A DNA stretch of 64,000 nt. Source: Azolla caroliniana (lineage: Eukaryota > Plantae > Polypodiophyta). The notes under the pieces were generated by a model. That model made no database searches, had not been told where the DNA came from, and worked only from the letters and a program-made list of their open reading frames with translations. The position numbers and the translations under genes are program-made. Positions 24,001 to 35,818 of the stretch are shown here, in pieces. The stretch is from NCBI GenBank assembly GCA_043228905.1, contig JBHGNT010000004.1:22940001-23004000 (forward strand), written 5' to 3'. Position 1 is the stretch's first letter. Every line of letters begins with the position of its first letter.

Positions 24001-26819
24001 GTGCAAGCAACATCCATAGATCTCCAATTTTTTGCTTCTGGGCATTAACTATAGGTGCCCTGTTATCAGTGATCAATCGAATAGTTCCATTCTCTACCTC
24101 TGTAAATTGCTTTGCATGTGCTATCCAATTTCTCCACATCATCATCAAGATAGTTCCAAGAAGCATGTCCCCATTTGAGGGTAAATGAATTAGAGTCATG
24201 GCATAGCAATCGTAATGTCGTTCTCCATACAGTCGTTGCCTCGTGACATTCCCATAGACAATGGGAAATGCTTTCTAACTGTCCACATGCAATACATCTA
24301 GGGTCTACATTGGGGCCTTTAGCCCACATCCCTACTAGCAAGGCTCAAATCTCTTCAAATCTGCCAACGCATTCCCGTGGGCATTGATTAAATTGGCTCA
24401 TTGAAGCCTATTTTTTGTCCTATCATCAGCCCATCCACATCTCTTATCAGTGGGTTCCAAACAATAAGCATGTACATTCGGGCATCTGCATCATTTCTCC
24501 ACCTACAAACGATTCCCTTTTTGATTCCTTGCCATGCCTTCATAATTCCAACAACACATATACTCTGTGTACATCCCCGGCATTTGGGTCACATTTCTGG
24601 CACAAAACCCCAAAAAGAGCTACTTGGCCAACTTCCACCTTGTCTTGGCAACCACATCTTCCATCTACGTCTCTAAAGAATTTTCCAAGGTGCCTCAGGT
24701 GGTTGCAAGCTCATGACCACCAATTTGCCTAGCAAGGCCTTCGTTTGCACCACAGGATCTATTAGTCCCACCCCACCTTCACTTTTTTCTTTTATAAATG
24801 TGGTCCATGCAACCTTTGCACGAGCATGTTTTTCCTCTGTGCCCCCCCATAAGGAATTTCTGATAAGCCTTTTTATCACTTTCATTGACTTGGGTGCGAT
24901 TATCCAACATGCGGTAGTATGCCATATAGTGGCCATTAGAACCTCATTTGCAATCACAAACTTGCCTGCAAAGGATAGTTTTCTTGCATTCCACCATATT
25001 AGCTTCGCTTTTATTTTGTCCACGAGTAGATTGTAGTGTTCTAATCGATCTATGTCCATACTGATTTTGAAACCCAAGTATCTACTTCTCCTCTCCTCAA
25101 CCATCTGAAATTGGGGTCTGGAGCCCAATTTACCACAAGCTTATTACTCATCCAAATGCCCACTAATTTATTCTAGTTTATTTTAGCACCTGATCCCCTA
25201 CAAAACTCATTTATTGCACTTTGCAGTCTGTCCAAGTTTGCATCTCCCTTAACGTAAGTTGCTGTGTCATCAACATATTCTGTATCAAGCATCATTCTTG
25301 CATCCTCGGGCAGGGGAAGGCCTTGTATTTGCCAATATCTATCAGCAATCTAATAATGCAAAGCTTTTGCTGCAATAATGAATAGGTACGGGGCCAATGG
25401 GCATCCTTGGCGTACTGATCGTGACATCCTAAAGCTCTTTCCCAAGCTTCTAGCCATTAAAACCTAGCTGGAAGCATCCTTGTAAAAGGCAGTCATTCCA
25501 AGGATCCATTGTTGCTCGAAGCCTAGGGCCTCCATCACTACTTCTAGGAATTCCCATGAGATCCTGTCATATGCTTTTTCGAACTCGAGTAATATTACTG
25601 CTAGGTCCACTTCTTACTCCTCCACCCATGTTGAATAAGTCTCCCAGAAAGTTATCAGATTGTTAACAATGCTCTGGTTTTCTAGGAAACCAATTTGCGT
25701 TGTATGTATAATGTCCCCTAGTACCCTTTTCAATCGTCAATGGTCGCCAATTATTGAGTATTGTTAGATCTTTTCCATCCTTGGGAATTAGATAAATAAT
25801 TCCTTTGCACATTGTTGGAGGCATTAAACCTTTTGTCATAATGTATTGCATCCCTACCAACATGTCATCCTTAATTAGATCCCAATGTTTGGTGTAAAAA
25901 TATAGAGGGAGTCCATCAATGCCTACACAACTTTGTTTGTTTATATCTGGGTAAAAGCATGCGAGTGGAAACACTATTATAGCTAATTAGCTACTAAAAT
26001 GGCCACAACTAATTAGCTATTTGTTTAGCTAGTTTTTTGTGGGAAAATCATAAGGATGGTTTATGAAATTTTATGTTTCATTAGTTAAATACAGGTCATT
26101 TAATTTATGAGAATACTCAAATATTTGAAATTTGGTTTCTGACGTAGTGGAACATGGGGAATAATGCTATCATCTAAGGTCGACTTGAATGTCATCAAAT
26201 TCTTGATAATCTTGAGTTCGAGTTCGAACTCCAAACAGATGGAGTACTCTGAGCATGAATGTAGACGATGCTCCCGTAGTAGCACAAAAACTCTGAGATT
26301 GACATTGCACCTTCAGAGCTACAACACATGAGCAAGTCGATCCTCGTCCAGGTATGTATCAGTTACATATTTAAAAAACTTTTTTTTTTCCTTTTTGATA
26401 ACTGTTTGTAACTTTGGTGCCTGTTCATCTTTCCCAAAAATTGAATAGAGTGAAGTTGTTGGAGTCCCAAACAAGGATGTCTCGAAGATCAGGGTGTAGC
26501 AGCAGGTGTGTTTCTGATTGACAGAATTTCGTAGTATGGTTGATTTCTGCCTTTAGTGATGATTAGGGTTTGTGTTTCCCTTAAGTGGTTTAGGGTTTCT
26601 GATTACAAATTTCAGATTACTGTGGCAATCTGTTGTAATTTTGCACCAATTCTCATGACAAATTTTGATTAGGGTTTCTGATTTTTTAAGTGGTTGATTT
26701 CTAATACACGTTGAAAAGGATAGATTACAAATTTTAGATTACTGTCTCAAAGTGTTGTAATTTTGCACCAAATTCACATTAAAATTTTTGCTTTTGCACC
26801 AATTCTGATTACTGATTTT

Positions 26820-27509
26820 CTATTCCGGTGGTTCGTTCCTCCCTATCCTAAAGTGCCAAACTTCGCAAAATTTTGCAAGACAAAGGAGGACTTTCACAAC
26901 ATATATGGTCTGTCGCTCGAGGGTATTGACGTTGCTATTCTAACAAATAGATCGATTAGTGATGTAGACTGGATGTCAGTATGTAAAGTGCATTGACTAA
27001 AAGGCAAGGTCAAGGTCAAGCATGTACGACCGGACCTATATGAAGACTGCAGGAGACTACACTAGAAAGTACATCAAGAGATCCCGGTCAACAACGAGTT
27101 GTCTGTTTCATTTGCCAGAGCTTTTGCATATGAGTATTGCAAAACAACGAAGGAATCTCGTGACCTTGAAATGTACATGGTAGCTTGGGCAATTTATGGT
27201 GAGGCATCGGTAGAAAGATGTCGGAAGATGGGGAGCTTGCAACAAAAAATGGCAAGATTTTGGAGCATGGCAGTTGATGATGCAACTACCAACTCCCAAC
27301 AAACCCGCAAGTATACACCACACCGACACACAATGAAAGCCAATGTCGATGATACAGGTGAGACATTGATTAGCTATATGCTAAAAAATGTGCATGAAGC
27401 CTGTGAGACATTGGAGTTTTTTAAGACTGATTTAGAGAAAGCAACATTGGTTGTTGCGATGGAGAGCAAAGTCACTTTGGTAGTTACAACAATCAGAAAT
27501 AAGATTCAG
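26820..27509 (+). pseudogene. Accessory gene exon of the DNA transposon, unknown function
   Basis: ORFs 26763-26996 and 27099-27545 share a frame, separated by two stops (..KVHQEIPVNNELSVSFARAFAYE..VAWAIYGE..). Ends at donor CAG|gtacct. The 5' boundary is approximate. Confidence 0.55.
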
Positions 27510-27589
27510 GTACCTATTGTTTTGCTAGTATGTAATATGTTATAAATAACTTGTACATGAAAATAACTTGTATAATTGCTGCTTATGAC

Positions 27590-28850
27590 CATAGTGTAGC
27601 TAATTAGTTCCATCTTTGCTAATTAGGTAAGCTGTATAAAGTGTGGAAACTATTTAGTTGTTATGGTTGTAGTGTAGTACCATGTAGTTAATTAGCTAAG
27701 TGGTAGCTAATTAGCTACTACCATACTTTAGCTGAGTTGCTAATTAGCTAAGTGGTAGCCAATTAGCTGCTACCATAGTTTAGTACAGTAGCTAATTAGC
27801 TACTACCACAATTTAGTTGAGTAACTAATTAGCTAAGTGGTAGCTAATTAGCTACTACAATACTTTAGCTCAGTAGCTAATTAGCTACTACAATACTTTA
27901 GCTCAGTAGCTAATTAGCTACTACCATAGTTTAGTATAGTAGCTAATTAGCTAAGTGGTAGCTATTTAGCTACTACCATAGTTTAGTACAGTAGCTAATT
28001 AGCTTAGTCGTAGCTAGTTAGCTACTACCATACTTCAGTTGAGTAGCTAATTAGCTAAGTGGAAGCTAATTAGCTACTACCATAGTTTAGTACAGTAGCT
28101 AATTAGCACTACTATACGTTAGCCGAGTAGCTAATTTGCTAAGTGGTAGCTAATTAACTACTACCATAGTTTAATACAATAGCTAATTAGTTACTATCAT
28201 AGTTTAGTACAATAACTAATTAGCTACTACCACTACTATAGTTTAGTACAATAGTTAATTAGCTAAGTGGTACATAATTAGCTACTACCATAGTTTAGTA
28301 CAATAGCTAATTAGCTACTACTTTGCTAATTAGCTATTACCATACTTTAGCTGAGTAGCTAATTATGTAAGTGGTAGCTAATTAGCTACTACCATAGTTT
28401 ACTACAATAGCTAATTAGCTACTACCATAGTTTAGTACAATAGCTATTCTAGTAGGGGATTAACAATTCTGGTAACTAATTAGATATAGTCATAAGTAGC
28501 TAATTAGCTATTGTGGTAGCTAAATAGCTATGAATGGTAGCTAATTAGCTATTCTGGTAGCTAATTAGCTATGTTCGATATTCTTAGGTAGCTAATTAGC
28601 TATGTTCGATATTCTTAGGGAGCTAATTAGCTATTCTAGTAGCTAATTAGCTATTATTGGTAGCTAGCTAGCTATGGTCATATTTTGAGGTAGGTAATTA
28701 GCTATTACTGGTAGCTAGTTAGCTATGGTCATATTTTGAGGTAGGTAATTAGCTATTATTAGTAGTTAGTTAGCTATGGTCATATTCTGAGGTAGGTAAT
28801 TAGCTATTCGGGTATGGTCATATTCGGAGATAGCTAATAACCTAACTAAC
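27590..28850. repeat. Array of the 14-bp palindrome TAGCTAATTAGCTA with short variable linkers
   Basis: Dozens of exact and near-exact copies. The same motif is subterminal at both transposon ends (~25980-26030 and ~31114-31127). Confidence 0.95.
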
Positions 28851-28893
28851 TAAGCTCAAAAGTCAAAACAAATGTTGAGATAAATGTAAATAC

Positions 28894-29621
28894 TTGAGGT
28901 ATGTCAAGAAGATGAATGGGATGCTCCTCGTATTGACTCCTTCCAACACGTTTCCTACATAAATCCTTCTTATTGGGTGAAACCCTACTCTCATTAGTCC
29001 AAAATATTGTGATTATATCCTTGATTTCTGATGTTATGGGTGTCATTGGCTTACATCTTGTTGTTAGCTTTAGCAAACTAGTTCGTTCACCCGAGGAAAC
29101 TATCCGGTTCAATGTATTGTATACACTTTTTCTACTAACACCAATTACCTTAGATAGCACATTGATGTTAATATCATCAACATTACTATTAAGTAACATC
29201 ATTAGACTAGACCTTTTTAAGACAAGATCATCTTCTTACCTGCTCATGGATACAAAACTATTACGGAGATTATTTACTAGTAAAAATGTTATGTTTGCAT
29301 TAAGACCATCATAATCAACTAACTCCTTTATCGATGTGGATCATTTAATATTCCATAAAGTACTACCATCTTGTCTTCATTGCTAATGTGGTTGGTTTGA
29401 ACATTGAAATAGTCTACAACCTTTCTCTCTATGATAGTAGTCTCATTACTTCCACTCTCAGTGATATTTAGACCTATATCGCAACCAATACTATCTTTAC
29501 CTTTAGTGAGTGTGGCTTTCGTATCCTTCAACAATTGACAATGTTTTCTTTTTTTTTCCTGCCCAATACTTTCGTATCGCTTGTTGTGTCTTGATAGCGT
29601 CATCCCTATCCTGATGATCAT
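28894..29621 (-). pseudogene. N-terminal part of a putative Sola2-like transposase
   Basis: HTH-like INVLSKVIGVSRKSV followed by FWTNESRVSPNKKDLCRKRVGRSQYEEHPIHLL, which recalls the SR..P.KKD motif of Sola2-type transposases. One frameshift and stops; ends at donor CAA|gtattt; no catalytic domain. Confidence 0.55.
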
Positions 29622-29819
29622 TGAGGGGTAATTCTAAACACCCTCCTTCCTCTTCCATTTGGCTTGACGGGTTTAAACCCTAATTTTCCCGAAAAAAAGA
29701 CACATATTAAAGATGGCTATAGGCAACAACAATACACAAAAATATTCCGCAATACACAAGATTATACACAACAATACACAAGATAATCAATAGACAGAAT
29801 AGTTATTCAAATCCAAGAC

Positions 29820-30835
29820 CAAACAGTGGCGGTAATCCAGGGTTGAATAGTGGAGGCAACTGAGTGTAGAATGGCTGCTGGCGGCAGTGGAGGAGTGAAC
29901 TCCGTTTGATCGAACAATTTTGACAATCCAGGACTGAACAATGGTGGCAACTGAGTGTAGAATGATGGCCTTGGAGGAGTGAATTCTGTCGGATTGAATA
30001 GTGGCAGATGATGCTTGGAACGCACAGTGACGACAACTGAGAGTAGAATGGCAACAGTGGAGAAGGAGTGAACTCCTTCGGATCGAAAAGTGTCAGCAGT
30101 ACACGACCGAACAGTAGCGGAAACTAAGTGTAGAATGATGGCAATGAATGAGTGAACTCCATCAAATCGAAAAGTGGCATCAATCCACGACCGAACAATA
30201 GTGGCAACTAAGTGTAGAATGATGGCAATGGAGGAGTGAACTCCATCAGATCGAACAGTGGCAAATGATGCTTGGAACGCACAGTGACGACAACTGAGAG
30301 TACAATGGCGGTAGTGGAGAAGGAGTGAACTCCCTCAGATTGAAAAGTGGCAGCAATACACGACTGAACAATAGTGGCAACTAAGTGTAGAATGATGGCA
30401 ATGGATGAGTGAACTCCGTCAAATCGAAAAGTGGCAACAATCCAGGACCGAATAGTAGCGGCAACTGACTGTAAAATGATGGCAATGGAGGAGTGAATTC
30501 CGTTAGATTGAACTGTGGCAGACGATGCTTGGAACGCACAGTGATGGCAATTGAGAGTAGAATGGATGCAGTGGAGAAGGAGTTAACTCCGTCGGATCAA
30601 AAAGTGGCAGCAATATACGACCTTCACAGTAGCGACAACTGAGTGTAGAGTGGCGGCAATGGAGGAGTGAACTTGGCAAATGATGCTTGGACTGAACAAT
30701 GGTGGCAACTAAGTGTAGAATGGCGCCAATGGAGGAGTGAACTCCGTCGGATTGAACAGTGGCAGATGATGATACTTGGACCACACAATGTCGATAACTG
30801 AGTGTAGAATGGCAGCAATGGAGGAGTGGACTCAA
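29820..30835. repeat. Tandem array of ~85-bp units (12 copies) with a 257-bp higher-order period
   Basis: Core caactgagtgtagaat at ~29858, 29948, 30034, 30121, 30205, 30291, 30378, 30462, 30548, 30635, 30705 and 30795. The variant cttggaacgcacagtga recurs every 257 bp. Confidence 0.9.
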
Positions 30836-33800
30836 TAGGGTTTAGCAACAGTGGTAGTAATCTAAGCCAGAATACTCAACCAGAGATGGCCCACGTGATG
30901 TGGGAAAGGATCATGCATAATGGACCTAGGAATTTGGTATATAATTTTGGTGCACATATCAATTTATGTCGCGCGTTTATGTTGCACATTTATGGTGCTC
31001 ATCTATATAATTAAAACTCTCTACTATTTTCAATGGTAGCTTTTTGCATATAGCTTATTTATCAATGGTAGCTTTTTGCAAAAATGACTATTTATCAATG
31101 GTAGCTTTTTGCATAGCTAATTAGCTATGTCCTTAATTGTTTCCAGTCGCATGCTTTCACCCATCTGCAATTGCATCCCACAATTCCTGCATACATATAG
31201 GGGTATTTAGCCGATTCATCATCTGAGCAGTAACTCTGTTCGGTATCATGTTTATTATATTTCTAAAGGCATCCTAATCAATCTGTTCCTCTTGGCATAC
31301 ATTTAGTAGTTGCATATAATAGCTATTGGCCATTTCAAGCATTTCCTCCTCGCACGTGGTCATTGTGCCATCTGTCTTTTTCAAACATGAAGGTTGAGTC
31401 CCAGAGCCTCTGCATTTGACAACTTCAAAAATACCTTTCGTAACATGGTCTCCTACCCTCATCTAGATTGATGCTTTACTTCGGTAGTCCTTAGTTTCTG
31501 ATACATATCCAGTTTGCATTTTGCCTCCTCTAATCGGGCCTCAATCCATACATTCTTCGGGTATTGTTCTCTTAGTCGCTGCATAAAAGCAAGTGTCCAT
31601 TGCATTCTCTGTAGTTTCTCCCTCATCTCTTTTCAAATTTCAGTTACTTTCTTCCGAAAGAAGCATGCACATTCCTCAATTTTCCCAGCCAGCCTATGAG
31701 CGGGATCATGATACATCCATTTGACATTAGAACATATTCTTCTTATATCATCAGTCCATTTATTGTCCATAACCAATTCCTTGCTCACCTTCACATTATG
31801 TGGCCTGCATCGATTGTTTTCTTTTATATGCAATAGAACTGGTGCATGGTCTGAGAACATCGTTCTAGGATCAATTATACATTTGCCTTTCCTATCGATG
31901 AGCCGAGGGTCCAAATACCATCTGTCCAACTTGGAAATTGTCCTCCCATGCACGCTTCCTCCTACTCTAGACTATAGAAGAGGGTTTTCTTTTTGCATCT
32001 GAAAGTTAGGTGCATTCCAACTGTCTATCAAATTATATGCTAAACAAAACTTATCCCATGCATATTTTTCCTCCCCTTGCACTGTGCCATTTGCATTTCC
32101 ACTTCTATCTTCTTGTTGCTCCACCATATTAAAATCTCCTCCAATGATCCACAACTCTGCATCGGTTTCTTGTCCACTAGTTGAACCCAAAATTCCTTTC
32201 TTTAAGCAGCTGAATTTGGGGCATATATGTTTAGTATGCCCAAGTGCACATATCTGTGTTTTATCCTTATATAGATAGCACGACCCTCTATTAAACACCC
32301 CTTGCATGTGTATGTTGCATTATACTTAGCTTTCATAGTTATAAGTACTCCCCCATGTATTGGTCCAACTCCAAGGCAAAATGTTTCCAATTTTGTCAAT
32401 CTTATCCCCATCTAGATGGTGCTCTTGCACCACGATAACATCAAGCACCATTGCCTCAGTGCATCACTGAATTTTAGCAACTAATACATTCTTCTTCATT
32501 TGGAATTGGGTGCCACCAAGTCCTTGTATATTCTATGTTAGCAAGCTAAGATTCATTTCAACATATACCCTGCATCTTTTGTGGCCCGGCCAATGCATTT
32601 TTAGCTTCCACTAGCCTAGTTCGTTAAGATGTTGTCTTGGAGATTATCCTCTTCTAATGTCACGATTTCAAGATGGTATACCATGAACTCCGTGATCATT
32701 GTAGGGAGCTTCCTAAATTTCACATTTATATAGCATATGCCTTGCTCATTCGCCTTGCCCGAGCTCCATATCATGGCATCTTTCCATTGTTTTTTCATTT
32801 TCAGACCTATTGCAGTACCATATGTTGAGTCTACATGAGCACCCATTTGTTGTTCCAACCATCCGAGTGCTTCTTCTCTGTTGTGGGGTTCCTTATTTCC
32901 AGTGACCAACATATAGGACAGTCCAACGATCTGACCTTCATCATCACAATTACCATAGATATTGATTCTACACATGTTGTCCTTCTTCATCTCAGTTCCA
33001 CACATTTCCCTGAACCACTTTTTTCCTATTAGTTTCAGTTTGATCTGTCGCCCAGTATTCAATAGCGGGGTCACTTTGTATTGAGGATTCCATTTCACTC
33101 TTGGCCATTTACACATACCTTTATTTTTCTCCATCCCATTCTCTTCCTCTTTTCTAGCACGCATGTGCCTTTTCATTTTTACTATCCCCTTAATATGTTG
33201 GGTTGTCACCAATGACTTATCTTGCTCTTTCAAGGGGCTTACAACCTTTCCAATTCTTATTTCTCCAACCTCATCCATACATTCTTGATGCATCTAATCA
33301 GTTTCAGCCACTAACAAGATGTCTTCCTACTGCTATTTCTGTGTATCATTAATAGCTCTCACATAGTTGCTCTCCGAATTTGCTTTTAATCTGGCTTCCC
33401 TGTCATTAGCTATGCTTTCATTTTCCTCTAAGGTTAAAAGTTCATATTTGTTGCTAAGTGGAAGCCATTCTTGTCCAACCATAATTTTTTGCTTTCCTTT
33501 ACTGTTTATATACTTCCATGCATCTTCATTCATACGAATTGCATGGTTTATTCTCATATTGTTCTGTTGTGTCAGACTTGTTGGGCTTTTCCATCCTTGC
33601 TTCCCATTTATAGGATGCATGGTCTCCTTACCTCTAGGGCATTCTCGAACCATATGCCCCATCTGTCTACATACAAAGCATTGCCCTTGGAGTCCGTCAT
33701 ATTCCACTAGTTGTACATGGTCGGGCATTAGTTTGTTGCTAAGCAAAATCGATTGCGGTAGGGCCTTTACATCAGAGAAAACTAATTTCATCCTCGGTGT

Positions 33801-34121
33801 TTCACTTATTCTCTCTGCTAATGTTTTTTCCAAGCATTGCCCTCCCATACTTTTGCCAATGCCCGGGAGAAAGGACTCCCATTGCTTAGGTAAACTAGGA
33901 AAAAAGGTCGTTATTATTTCTGAACTGCCTATACAAGCATCTTCTTTACACATGTCAAAGTCTATATCCTATTTGAATACATATGCTCTTGCATTGTGCC
34001 ATATCAATGGCCTGCTCTCGATAATTTTGCATATATTCGTTTCAGGCATCATGGTGCCATTAGTTTAATTCTTGCTATGATTTGGCAAATGTTTTGATAA
34101 TGTACGAAAATTAATATAGTT

Positions 34122-34122
34122 A

Positions 34123-34180
<58 letters not shown>
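34122..34180. repeat. (AC)n(TC)n compound microsatellite
   Basis: Directly visible. Confidence 0.95.
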
Positions 34181-34184
<4 letters not shown>

Positions 34185-34185
<1 letters not shown>

Positions 34186-34510
34186 GTAATTAGCTTACCC
34201 TAGTAGTAAGTTGTTCCACTACAAGCACTACATCTTAGGTCGGAACCCAATTTCTCATCTCTCTATTACTCCATACATATCTCTTAATTCACTAGATGCC
34301 ACTATGGAATGTAGGGGTTGAACCCATGACCTCATGGTCTCCTTTGGGTTAGCTAACTAATTAACTAACTTACCCTCTCTCTCTCTCTCTCTCACTGTCT
34401 CTCTTTCTCTTTCTCTTTCTTTTCTTATCATAATTAGTTTACCCTAGTGGCAAGTTGTTACAATACTAACACCCGCTTGGTCTCCATTGGCCAACCTTAC
34501 CAATTGGGCT
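34185..34510 (-). mobile_element. Two degenerate tRNA-derived SINE-like remnants between (CT)n tracts
   Basis: Minus-strand B-box-like GAGGTCATGGGTTCAACCCC (~34314-34333), A-box-like AGCCCAATTGGTAAGG (~34495-34510), and a shared block taattag.ttaccctagt..aagttgtt in both copies. Confidence 0.45.
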
Positions 34511-35590
34511 CTCTCTCTCTCTCTCTCTCTCTCATCTTCACCCATAATTTGTAAGGAGAGGAATCAAGATTTTCACATTAGGGTTTCCTAGAGCTCCCTT
34601 CTCTGGGTCAATTTGAAAAAAAGACTGGCTTTGCAAGTTTTTATTATTTCAACTCAAAATACTACTTAATAAGGCATTGCCCTTTCAACTTCAATTTGAT
34701 TCATAGAGTTAGATTATAAACTCATTGTATCCTTGAGGGTTTTCTCAAGTTGGAGGATCTAAACAAAACGTTCTTTTTAGGGCACTATGGATGTACATTG
34801 ACTAGTTTCATGACATTTGAAATTACTTTGGAGAAGCAAGGGAATACATAAATTTGTCAATTGAACAAAAATGTAATTACATGGAATGTGAGAGGAGCAT
34901 GTTCTTCTTTTTAAGAAGTATATATTATAAAAAAAACTTTATTAAGTAAAGAATGAGATTTATTGTACGTTGTTAGTAGGATCCACAATCAACTATAAAA
35001 GGAGACGCCTTAATAATGATTTATGCTATCAATATGCTTAGACAATACTTACTAGCTTGTCAGTTTGTTTTCAATGTAAACCAGAAACCTCTTTCATACT
35101 ATAATAATAAAACTTGTTCTACAATGCGAATATTGTGCTTGATAGTGACTCTTTTGGGAGTTTCATTTCAAAGTAATCATTAGTAAAGGGAAAGATCTAA
35201 TGTAGCATATTATTCTTCTTGATTCCACAATGCATTAACATATACTATGATAAATGACAAACCTATGCATTCCTTAATCTCTTAGGATGTGTTAGATGGA
35301 AAGGTGAATTGAACCAATCTAATGTGACGTTTCCAAACCCGAGTATTTATACAAGGAACATATTTCTTAAGTAGATCCTTTTGTCACTTATTGTCTTGTA
35401 GATTGCGTGAGAGATAACTCTTGTACATGATCTTTTACTCACTATTGTGATTACTTAAATTTCCATCTCCAACATTATGGATTGAATTTGTGCTATTTCA
35501 TTAGGTCTTTTAGTGTCGTGCCATTTTGCTAATTTAACCATTGCTCTTCTTGTTTTCTAGGGTCATGGTATAAGATCTTTAGGTTTTGAA

Positions 35591-35818
35591 GGATTCATTC
35601 AAATTTGGGTTACTCTAGAATGTAAATAGTGGTTTGAAAGCGAAGCTTATCTAGAACATGCTGAGGGAAGAGATTTGGTGGAATTTACCATGCTTGCAAG
35701 AAGAGGATTCATTCAAATTTGGGTTACTCTAGAATGTAAATAGTGGTTTGAAAGCGAAGCTTATCTAGAACATGCTGAGGGAAGAGATTTGGTGGAATTT
35801 ACCATGCTTGCAAGAAGA
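35591..35818. repeat. Perfect tandem duplication of 114 bp
   Basis: Identical copies starting at 35591 and 35705. Confidence 0.95.

Larger units (their letters stand above)
25949..31162. mobile_element. Cut-and-paste DNA transposon, Sola2-like, internally deleted
   Basis: 25-bp TIRs (GGGTAAAAGCATGCGAGTGGAAACA / GGGTGAAAGCATGCGACTGGAAACA, 2 mismatches) and ATCT TSD at 25945-25948 and 31163-31166. Removing the insert restores the LINE frame ELWDAIADINKQSCVGIDGLP. The boundaries are solid; the superfamily is inferred. Confidence 0.85.
23544..34056 (-). mobile_element. L1-clade LINE with ORF1 and ORF2, 5'-truncated in ORF1, interrupted by a DNA transposon
   Basis: 15-bp TSD CCATTAGTTTAATTC at 23529-23543 and 34057-34071, poly(T) at 23545. 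ORF1 knuckle CFVCRQMGHMVREC; endonuclease GGDFN and SDHAPV; RT remnants at 25100-25950; zf-RVT CIACGQLESISHCLWEC. Confidence 0.92.

Noticed and set aside
27590-28850. CRISPR-like array of palindromic repeats with spacers
   Set aside because: The linkers are short, irregular and themselves repetitive, there are no cas genes, and the context is a eukaryotic transposon.
29803-30848. Repetitive ORFs in the 85-bp array as a repeat protein
   Set aside because: Unit lengths do not keep a frame and stops occur in all frames.
34300-34375. Functional tRNA gene
   Set aside because: Only degenerate A/B-box similarity with no cloverleaf; treated as a SINE-like remnant.
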